A DNA stretch of 64,000 nt, from contig CAXXLX010000001.1 of NCBI GenBank assembly GCA_963665235.2, forward strand, positions 4,160,001-4,224,000. Reading direction: 5' to 3'. Under the pieces are notes generated by a model. It was not told where the DNA came from. It did no database searches and saw only the letters and a program-made list of their open reading frames with translations. The stretch comes from Candidatus Poribacteria bacterium. GTDB lineage: Bacteria > Poribacteria > WGA-4E > WGA-3G. Shown one piece after another: positions 28,878 to 36,777 of this stretch. Position numbers and translations under genes: made by a program. The stretch's first letter is position 1; the number at the start of each line of letters is the position of its first letter.

Positions 28878-29882
28878 ATGAAAATCACACAAATTGAGGT
28901 TATCAAGGTCAGGGTACCGTATCACGACGGCATTTATGAACTGATGACACGGCGTAATCTTTACCAAATCGACTACGTCTACAAGGTGCACACTGATGCA
29001 GGACTCATCGGAATTGGGGATGGCCATTTCCAATCAGATGAGGTGGTTCAACGGTACATCGGTCGGAGCCCCTTTGAGTTCATGAACGGCTGGGCACCGA
29101 CACCGCTTCAGCAAGCTTTTTACGACATCATGGGCAAATCGCTCGGGGTCCCGGTTCATCAACTTTTAGGTGAAAAGGTTCACGATAAAACATCGTTTGG
29201 CTATTGGTCTATCGACATGACACCAGAGGAGTGGGCGGCAGAGGCGAAACATGCTTATTCGCTTGGGTATAGACTTCACAAAATCAAGGCGCGTCCCTGG
29301 TTCGAAGTGCTTGAGCAGGTAGAAGCAATTACGGCGGTTGTGCCAGATGATTTTCAACTTCGTGTTGATGCCAATGATTCGTTTGAGACCCCAGCAAACA
29401 CGCTTGAGGTTATCCGGCAACTTGAAGGTTACAACATAGAGTCGTTTGAGACCCCGATTCCGCAGCGGGATATCGCGGGTTATCAGGAAATCAAGCAGCA
29501 TACGGACATGCCGATAACAATTCATTTTGGCAATCCGGATCCGGTTGAAGCGATTCGTGCAAAGATGAACGATTCGTTTATTATCGCGTATCCAGATTCG
29601 CGTGCTGCTAACGCGAGACGGGAGGCGATTATTTCAGCGGCTGCGCATCTTCCGGTGTGGATACAAATCGTTGGGCTCGGCATTACCACCTGCTATGTCA
29701 TGCACCTTGCAGCGGTCATGCCGAATGCGACAATGCCAGCGATAACACTAAACGCCTTACGTGCGTTCGACATCGTCACCCCCTCAACGATACCGCTTGT
29801 TGATGGTTACGCAACTATACCGGACGAACCCGGATTAGGCGTTGAATTGGATGAGGACGCGCTTGATAACTGCCGCGTTTAA
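28878..29882 (+). CDS. Mandelate racemase/muconate-lactonising enzyme (enolase superfamily)
   Basis: DIMGKSLGVPVHQLLG, KIK, RVDAN, FETP, PGLGVELD. Confidence 0.9.
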   Translation: MKITQIEVIKVRVPYHDGIYELMTRRNLYQIDYVYKVHTDAGLIGIGDGHFQSDEVVQRYIGRSPFEFMNGWAPTPLQQAFYDIMGKSLGVPVHQLLGEKVHDKTSFGYWSIDMTPEEWAAEAKHAYSLGYRLHKIKARPWFEVLEQVEAITAVVPDDFQLRVDANDSFETPANTLEVIRQLEGYNIESFETPIPQRDIAGYQEIKQHTDMPITIHFGNPDPVEAIRAKMNDSFIIAYPDSRAANARREAIISAAAHLPVWIQIVGLGITTCYVMHLAAVMPNATMPAITLNALRAFDIVTPSTIPLVDGYATIPDEPGLGVELDEDALDNCRV

Positions 29883-29895
29883 AACTGCTTATAGT

Positions 29896-30126
29896 CGCGT
29901 GCACAGCACGCTCCTACAGAGGAATATCGCGTGCACGCGCTCCTACAGAGGAATATGCACAGCACGCTCCTACAGAGGAATATCGCGTGCACAGCACGCT
30001 CCTACAGAGGAATATCGCGGGCACAGCACGCTCCTACAGAGGAATATCGCGTGCACAGCACGCTCCTACAGAGAAATATCGCGTGCACAGCACGCTCTTG
30101 AGGAGCGGGCTGTTTGCCCGAATACT
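29896..30126 (-). repeat. Tandem ~32-bp REP array (GTAGGAGCGTGCTGTGCACGCG), ~7 units, last carrying the hairpin mini-element (30098-30126)
   Basis: cgcgtgcacagcacgctcctacagaggaatat repeated; identical linkers. Confidence 0.9.
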
Positions 30127-30170
30127 AGAAGAAAACCAAGACAGACGCAAATAAGGGAGACATACACACA

Positions 30171-30938
30171 ATGAAAACAACTATTTTGTGTTTAACCATA
30201 CTAATTGCTGGTGCAGTATTTTCTGCACACGCAGCGAAACTCGGTTTAGCAAGCGCGTGGTTATTTGAAGAAAATGGTGGCAAGGTCGTCAAAGATGTTG
30301 TTAGTGGACACGATGGCGAGATTAAAGGTTCGCTGAAGTGGGTGGGTGACGGTAAATTTGGCAAAGCGTTGGAATTCCCGGGCAAGGGAGATAGTTATAT
30401 TCGCATTGACCACGCCGATGTTTTCAACGCCGACCCCTATACATTCGTCGCATGGGTTAAATTGGAAGCTACCACCTGGCAGTACATCGTCTGGCGAAAT
30501 GGCGAAATTTGGCCCGAACCACAGCTTGTACGGCATCTGGATATATGGATTCACGAAAAGCACTTTCCGGTGTTTATGTGGCACGTCAAAGGTGAAGTTG
30601 GGCGGCTTGAGAGTAAGACGGTCATCGCTGACGGTACGTGGCACCACATCGCTAAGGTCTACGATGGCAAAAATATTCAGATGTTCATTGATGGCAAATT
30701 GGATGGTGAAAAATCGAGTGGCGGAACATTGGATACCAGCAAATCCCCCATCTGGATAGGCGCGCGCCCTGGCAATATTGCTGCAACAGGGCTCTTTGAC
30801 GAGGTCGGTTTCTTCACAAAAGCCCTCTCTAAAGCACAACTCAACGGGGTCATGAATAACGGATTAGCAGATTATGCCGCTGTTGAGGCAGCAGGAAAAG
30901 CAACGACTACCTGGGGATTTCTGAAAACAAGCTACTAA
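30171..30938 (+). CDS. Secreted LamG/concanavalin-like domain protein with C-terminal AVE..GK..TTWG.LK tail
   Basis: Signal peptide; W.FEE..G, GKFGKALEF, WHHIA..YDG, FIDG, GLFDEV. Confidence 0.9.
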   Translation: MKTTILCLTILIAGAVFSAHAAKLGLASAWLFEENGGKVVKDVVSGHDGEIKGSLKWVGDGKFGKALEFPGKGDSYIRIDHADVFNADPYTFVAWVKLEATTWQYIVWRNGEIWPEPQLVRHLDIWIHEKHFPVFMWHVKGEVGRLESKTVIADGTWHHIAKVYDGKNIQMFIDGKLDGEKSSGGTLDTSKSPIWIGARPGNIAATGLFDEVGFFTKALSKAQLNGVMNNGLADYAAVEAAGKATTTWGFLKTSY

Positions 30939-30942
30939 ATTA

Positions 30943-31269
30943 CTAAACTTTGGACAATTTTAGGGAGGCACAACGTTCTTGTCAAACGGATAGGTGGAAG
31001 GGTGGAAGCATGGAAGGGTGGAAGCGGGGAAGAGGGGTTTGACGCGCGGCAGAGATATGCTTAGCATCACAACCTTCTTGCTAACTGCCAACTGCCAATG
31101 GTTTCCAACATTCTATAAACATTCCGCCCCGCTGGGGAAACCGCCCTTTGGAAAACCCATCGAAGGAAACCATTTTTCTCTTTTCTCCTCCTTGTGTGAG
31201 GCACTTAGAGAAAAATCAGAGATGCTTTGAAAGCGGGGATCACGCTCACGGATATTGTCCAAACTATAG
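30943..31269. mobile_element. MITE-like element, TIR CTAwrsTTTGGACAA (copy 2)
   Basis: ctaaactttggacaat...attgtccaaactatag; homologous to 11726-12093. Confidence 0.75.
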
Positions 31270-31323
31270 GACTAAATTAAGAGGCACGTTAGTGTGCCGA
31301 AATAGAAATGGAGAAAATGGACT

Positions 31324-32742
31324 ATGCAAATGCACGTAGGTGGAGAATGGATTGACAAATCCAATAAAATTGATGTCGTGAGCCCGTTCGACGGTTCGGT
31401 TATTGATACCGTGCCGAAGGGGGATGTCAACGACGTTGAAACGGCTATTCAGACAGCAGAACGCGGCGCGAAAATCATGGCGGGGTTGACCGGCTATGAA
31501 CGTTACGAAATCTTGCGGAAAGTCGCGGACCTGATGGTAGAACGTGCGGATGAGCTTGCTGAGGTTATCACCCGGGAAGAGGGGAAAATTTTAGCAGAGG
31601 CAACCGTTGAATCCACACGCGCTTCCGAAATTATTGCCCTCTCTGCTGAGGAGGCGAAACGACTAACAGGTGAAACTATTCCGCTTGAAGGCGCGCCCGG
31701 TGTTAAAAACAAAATAGGTTTTACGGTACGCGTACCGTGCGGTATCGTTGTGGGCATTAGTCCGTTCAACTTTCCGCTGCATCTCGTCTGTCACAAGGCT
31801 GGCCCTGCTATCGCGGGTGGAAATGCTATTATTATTAAACCTGCTACGGATACCCCCCTCTCGGCACTGAAATTGGTGGAGCTCTTTCTGGAAGCAGGCA
31901 CACCGCCTGAAGCGATTCAGTGTATTACGGGCCCCGGGAGTGAAGTCGGAGATATGCTCTGCGCGGACCGCCGCGTACGGAAAATTACCTTTACAGGCAG
32001 CCGAGATGTCGGCGAACATATCTGTCGTACCGCCGGATTGAAGCGGGTCACAATGGAACTCGGCTCAAATTCACCGCTCATCGTTATGCCCGATGCGGAC
32101 CCCGAGAAGGTGGCACGCGCCGCCGCAGCCTCCGGATATTCCAACGCGGGACAGGTGTGTATCTCAACGCAGCGTGTTATCGCCCATGAAAAAATTTATG
32201 GCGACTTCTTAGATGCGTTCCAAGCTGAAGTGAAACAGATCGGGATTGGCAATCCGCTGGAATCCGGGGTACGCATGGGCCCAATGATTCGTGACACGGA
32301 TGCCACACGCGTCACCGAGTGGATTCAGGAGGCGGTAGCAGATGGTGCTGAGCTTCTCACAGGGGGTAAAAAACAGGACCAATTTGTGACCCCCGCTATC
32401 CTCGCCAACGTCAGCCCGGAGATGAAAATCTCCTGTGATGAGGTGTTTGGACCGGCTGTCGGTGTAACGCGCGTCAACGACATTGATGAAGCAATCGCTC
32501 TTGCAAACGATACGCACTACGGGTTGAGTGCCGCTATCTTTACACAGAACGTCGACTGGGCAATGCGGTTTGTCCGAGAGGTCGATTCTGGCAACCTAAT
32601 GGTGAACTGGGGAACGCAGTGGCGCGCCGATCTGATGCCTTATGGCGGTGTAAAAGAGAGCGGTATGGGGAAAGAGGGCCCGAAATATGCCATTGAAGAG
32701 ATGACTGAGCTGAAGATGGCAATCTTCCATTTGGATAGCTAG
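31324..32742 (+). CDS. NAD(P)-dependent aldehyde dehydrogenase
   Basis: PFNFP, KPA, FTGS, MELGSN, AGQVCIS, EVFGP, PYGGVKESG. Confidence 0.96.
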   Translation: MQMHVGGEWIDKSNKIDVVSPFDGSVIDTVPKGDVNDVETAIQTAERGAKIMAGLTGYERYEILRKVADLMVERADELAEVITREEGKILAEATVESTRASEIIALSAEEAKRLTGETIPLEGAPGVKNKIGFTVRVPCGIVVGISPFNFPLHLVCHKAGPAIAGGNAIIIKPATDTPLSALKLVELFLEAGTPPEAIQCITGPGSEVGDMLCADRRVRKITFTGSRDVGEHICRTAGLKRVTMELGSNSPLIVMPDADPEKVARAAAASGYSNAGQVCISTQRVIAHEKIYGDFLDAFQAEVKQIGIGNPLESGVRMGPMIRDTDATRVTEWIQEAVADGAELLTGGKKQDQFVTPAILANVSPEMKISCDEVFGPAVGVTRVNDIDEAIALANDTHYGLSAAIFTQNVDWAMRFVREVDSGNLMVNWGTQWRADLMPYGGVKESGMGKEGPKYAIEEMTELKMAIFHLDS

Positions 32743-32751
32743 CGTGTTGAA

Positions 32752-32934
32752 TAACGTGAGTTTGATAAAAGTTTTCCCTAGTATGAGGAGCGGGCTGCTT
32801 GCCCGAATACTGGTTAGTCCCGTAGGGACGATATCTTTATAGAAAGTCCGTTTCCGCCCCGGCTCTTAGTCCCGTAGGGACGATATCTTTATAGAGGTTA
32901 GTGCAAGCGGACATTTATTATCAAGCTCGCGTTA
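32752..32934. mobile_element. MITE-like element, TIR TAACGyGAGyTTGATAA, carrying a hairpin mini-element and two GTCCCGTAGGGAC REPs
   Basis: taacgtgagtttgataa...ttatcaagctcgcgtta; related copies at 35171-~35523, 40046-40289 and 25860-25998. Confidence 0.75.
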
Positions 32935-32941
32935 TGTTACA

Positions 32942-33101
32942 TCTGAATCTCGGATTATCGCGGATTACACGGATTTCGCGGATTTTAAGAGGGGGGGGGC
33001 CGCCTATATAGAAAGGTATCGCAAGCAAAGCTTGCTCTTGAGGAGCGGGCTGCTAGTTGTCCGGAATACTGACACGACGGGCGATGAATCGCCCTACTAC
33101 A
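32942..33101. repeat. 9-bp CGGATT-type microrepeats, a REP with mini-element (33038-33070) and a further REP (33078-33100)
   Basis: tctgaatctcggattatcgcggattacacggatttcgcggatttt, recurring at 34092-34140. Confidence 0.7.
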
Positions 33102-33166
33102 AACGCCCTTCGGTTAACTTGTCCGAAAACTTTACACACCCTACCCTCCTTGGATGGAATGAAGAT

Positions 33167-33565
33167 ATGTCTACCCCCAAAATCGAACCTTACACGAAAA
33201 CACTCAAAGAAACGATGCGCCGAAAGTCAGAGATTCTCTCGAAAGCCCAGGCGTTTTCGGAAGTCGGTATGACAGAAACAGCACAACCGCTTTGGCTATC
33301 TGCTGCTACTTATGAGGAGCATATTGCACCGATGCTCGATGCGTTGGGTCGGGAGTTAGAAGGCGCAATACATCGTATCAGTGCAGCATCATGTTATGAA
33401 AAGGCGGGGGAGCTCAGTCGAGCTGTGAACCTGTATCGTGCGGCACTTTCGGGTCCGTTACGCGATGATACGCGGCAAGAGGTTGAAAATATGCTCAGTG
33501 CTTGTCTTGTCGCATTGAATCACCAACCATTGGAAAACCGTTCTATACACCTATCGTCCCGCTGA
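33167..33565 (+). CDS. Small helical (TPR-like) hypothetical protein
   Basis: ISAASCYEKAGELSRAVNLYRAAL resembles a TPR helix pair; the upstream part of the tracked ORF is repeat DNA. Confidence 0.7.
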   Translation: MSTPKIEPYTKTLKETMRRKSEILSKAQAFSEVGMTETAQPLWLSAATYEEHIAPMLDALGRELEGAIHRISAASCYEKAGELSRAVNLYRAALSGPLRDDTRQEVENMLSACLVALNHQPLENRSIHLSSR

Positions 33566-33719
33566 GGCTAAGCTGTCGGTGTAACGCGCGTCAACGATAA
33601 AGTGTCAACAGTAGAGGAGCGGGTTGTTGGTTCTCCCAGTATTTGGACAAACGGTTCTCCGCTCCTCAGGCACTATCTGTGTCACGATATTGAATACCAT
33701 TACTTTGCAGGTAGAAAAT

Positions 33720-33950
33720 TTAGCCTGTCGCTACAAGTGCTTCCTGCGCTTTACGAGACAGTTCAATAGAAATGAAATAGGAGGCGGGATATAGGTAGTC
33801 CTCCTGAGATTCATCGACAATTCGCAGATAGCCTTCCTGCGCCGCGGCTTCATCAGACAGCACTTGGTAGAATTTTCGCTTCTCCAAGTCTCCACAACCC
33901 CTATTTTCGATGCAAAGCACAAATTGTGTTTCTAATAATTTCTTTTCCAT
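33720..33950 (-). CDS. Small hypothetical protein (putative TA-module component)
   Basis: FVLCIEN...LEKRKFYQVL.DE.AA.EGYLRIVDES.EDYLYPASYF resembles a widespread small-protein family (recognised from memory). Confidence 0.7.
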   Translation of the reverse strand: MEKKLLETQFVLCIENRGCGDLEKRKFYQVLSDEAAAQEGYLRIVDESQEDYLYPASYFISIELSRKAQEALVATG

Positions 33951-34246
33951 AGTTTTTTGATTTTTCGTTTTTCTTCTACCAACGCCACTTTACACCCAAT
34001 TTAAACCAAAACCGCCTCTATTTTAACACACCTCCCACATTTTGTCAAAATGAAATTCGCGTAATTTGTGTGTTTTGGGGTGGGTGTGTTGTCTGAATCG
34101 CGGATTTACGCGGATTACACGGATGACGCGGATTTTAAAGATGTGTATGCCGATTTCTAGTATTCGGTCAAACAGGCCGCTCCTCAAAACCAAAGTCAAA
34201 ATCAGTATTCGGGGTGAAACCCCGCTCCTCAAACTAAATAACCCTG

Positions 34247-34357
34247 AGTCGAGCCGTGAACCTGTATCGTGCAGCACTTTCCGGGCCGTTACGTGATGAT
34301 ACGCGACAAGAAGTTGAAAATATGCTCAGTGCTTGTCTTGTCGCGTTGAATCGATAG
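34247..34357 (+). pseudogene. 3' fragment duplicated from the 33167-33565 gene
   Basis: ~106 bp closely matching 33416-33521; no start codon. Confidence 0.85.
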
Positions 34358-34378
34358 GAAAATAAGCGATTCACTGAG

Positions 34379-35113
34379 TTACCTTCCGGTTAATTGTCTC
34401 CAGATGTCTCCATATTTATCCATGAATTCCAGATAAACTGGCAACTTTTTCAGCAGTTGAGCGTGATTAGGTTGCTCCGCATGGCAGCCAACGCAAAGGG
34501 CTTTTAGATCTTCGGGTTGGTTATGTTCAAGTCCTTCTACATGATGAGCGTGGAGGAATTTACGGTTGTGGCTGAGTCCTAAATCTATGCTACATTCTTC
34601 ACATTTCCATCCTGCTTCCTCACGACACTGGAACGAAAGCAATTTCCATTCCGGCGGGTAATTTGAGCCCGAACCAGTTCCTGAAGTAGTTCCAATGTCA
34701 GTTTGAAGTATAGCAATATGTTCCAGCCGTTTTTGCGGGTCCTTCAACGTATCCCGCGCTTGATTTAAAACAGTTCGCCACTGCTCCTCTGTCTTGCCAT
34801 CGGCACGGGGACGACCGCCCGCGATTAATGAAGCATTATATAGCTTTTTGTGCGCTGCCTTCACACGACTCACGATAATTGTGTCGTTTAAGTTTTGAAC
34901 ATCAGAGATTGAAAGTTCTAATACCTCAAAATAATTTACATGTCCCCCGACAATTATTCCCGATGCATTGAAAATGTCAGCTGCCTCATTAGGAGTGAGC
35001 CCGTGCTGCTGCACCCCTAGTCGGAGAATCTCTTTGCGTTGTTCAGCGGTAATTGTTTGAAGGGTAGTTTTGATCGTATTAAGACGTGTTCTGAATTCCT
35101 CACGTTTAGACAT
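34379..35113 (-). CDS. J-domain-like N-terminus fused to HNH endonuclease
   Basis: NYFEVLEL..VKAAHKKL..LNQARDTLKDPQKR; then YPPEW..CEEC..LHAHH..HN..L.ALCVGCH. Confidence 0.8.
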   Translation of the reverse strand: MSKREEFRTRLNTIKTTLQTITAEQRKEILRLGVQQHGLTPNEAADIFNASGIIVGGHVNYFEVLELSISDVQNLNDTIIVSRVKAAHKKLYNASLIAGGRPRADGKTEEQWRTVLNQARDTLKDPQKRLEHIAILQTDIGTTSGTGSGSNYPPEWKLLSFQCREEAGWKCEECSIDLGLSHNRKFLHAHHVEGLEHNQPEDLKALCVGCHAEQPNHAQLLKKLPVYLEFMDKYGDIWRQLTGR

Positions 35114-35170
35114 TATGTTAAACCTTTGTTCTTTAGCGGTGAGATTAGAACGTTCAAAATCAAAATTAAT

Positions 35171-35523
35171 TAACGTGAGCTTGATAATAAATCTACGTTG
35201 GTTTCCCTAACCTCTATAAACATATCATCCCTACAGACCTAAAAACGCCTGCTTCTATAAATATACCGTCCCTACGGGACTAAGAGGGAGGATGGTGCCT
35301 GCTTCTATAAACATACCGTCCTTGAGGAGCGGGCTGTTTGCCCGAATACTGGGACTAAAGAGGGGGTTATTGTTGGCCTTCTATAAACATACCGTCCCTA
35401 CGGGACTAAGAGGGAGGATGGCACTTGCTTCTATAAATATACCGTCCTTGAGGAGCGGGCTGTTTGCCCGAATACTGGGACTAAAGAAGGAATCAACCAA
35501 TCATAAAAACTAACAAAACGTTA
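35171..35523. mobile_element. TAACGTGAG-type MITE with five GTCCCTACGGGAC-type REP units, two carrying the mini-element
   Basis: Left TIR at 35171; units ctataaayataccgtccctacgggactaag; right end degenerate. Confidence 0.7.
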
Positions 35524-35570
35524 TATAATTGTGAAATAATATTGGACAAATAGTTATTTAGCACAACTCG

Positions 35571-36681
35571 TTAAAACCCATCCTTCACACACCGGAACCC
35601 CTCATTTGGATTAGTGGCTGTAGGTGCACGCCAGCTGCGCTTGGCTACCCGCAAACTTCGGGGTCCGTTGAGCCATGACCCACCACGAACCACACGATTT
35701 TCTTTGAGATTAAGGAAATTATTAACGAGTTCAGCGATGCTACTAACCCCCGCAACCGGGTTTTGAGCGTGGTGAATTCGCGTAGAAGGTGGCATCATAC
35801 ACATCGAGACACCACTCCCGCACGTTTCCCGCCATGTCATATAGGTCATAATCGTTTGATGGATAAGACCCAATAGGTGTAAGTCCTTTACCGGTACCGC
35901 TGAAATAGTTTGACTTGCTAGCGTCAATTAAATCGCCCCAGGGATATATCTTATTGATCAATCCGCCACGGGCAGCTTTTTCCCATTCCGCCTCTGTGGG
36001 CAACCGCTTTCCTGCCCACTTTGCATACGCCATCGCTGCATACCAGCTTACATAGACAACGGGACAGTTGCCTTTGTCGAACGGATAATCGTTTTCGTTC
36101 CAATGTGCTAAGTAGTAGCCATCATGATATGTGCGCGGAATCTGGTCTTTTCGCCACTGTGGATTGGCATCAACAAACGCCTTGTATTGCGCGTTCGTTA
36201 CCTCATACTGGTCGATATAAAAGGCTTTAAGGGTGACAGGGTGTTTCGGTTTTTCATCAGAGTTCCCGTCGTCGCTTCCCATCTGGAATTCGCCTATTGG
36301 AATGAATACCATACCCGCGGGCCCTAATTTAAAATCAAAAGGTATTTTAACCCTAACACTTACCGGTTTTCCATCCTTTGTAGCGGGATGAAAGGTAGAT
36401 TTCTTTAGTGCTTCGAGGGCTGCTTCCTCTAATCCGAATCCAAGTTTTGTGAGGACTACGATGTCTTGGGGTATACCTTTCACATCAATAGTTGCAAGCA
36501 GACAAACTATTCCTTCTTTTCCTGCTTGCTTGGCTTCCACTGGATAAATAGGTTTTACAGAGTTCTTATGCCGCGGTGGTGTTATGGGCGGGTCCGGCGG
36601 ACTAACGATGTCAGCACTTAAATAGCCTGGGATGAGAATCAGCAGACAGATAATTGGGGGGAGTTTTTTGATGATGTTCAT
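35571..36681 (-). pseudogene. TonB C-terminal domain + FGE-sulfatase (SUMF1) domain fusion, frameshifted at ~35761-35764 (or sequencing error)
   Basis: Signal peptide; PIYPVEAKQAGKEG..GFGLEEAA; FQMGS, YEVTN, RLPTEAEWEKAARGG, DMAGNVREWC; RVVRGGSW..GFRC continues in another frame. Confidence 0.85.
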
Positions 36682-36777
36682 ATCGGCTCCGTTGTCTCCT
36701 TATTGAGAGGCGCGCCCTCCTATAATAAAGTGAGCGCGCCTAACGGGTGCCTGCTGAAAAGTGTGCTGCACAGCGGT

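Noticed and set aside
33119-33141. Further IS-like end GGGTGTGTAAAGTTTT (also ~3535-3559 and ~55191-55213)
   Set aside because: Only unpaired single ends are visible, so no element can be delimited.
33032-33166. N-terminal part of the 177-aa tracked ORF
   Set aside because: It is made of mini-element and REP sequence; the real start is probably 33167 or later.
35571-35720. Diversity-generating retroelement target (FGE-sulfatase C-terminus)
   Set aside because: No reverse transcriptase and no adenine-variant template repeat seen in the window; a remote DGR cannot be excluded.
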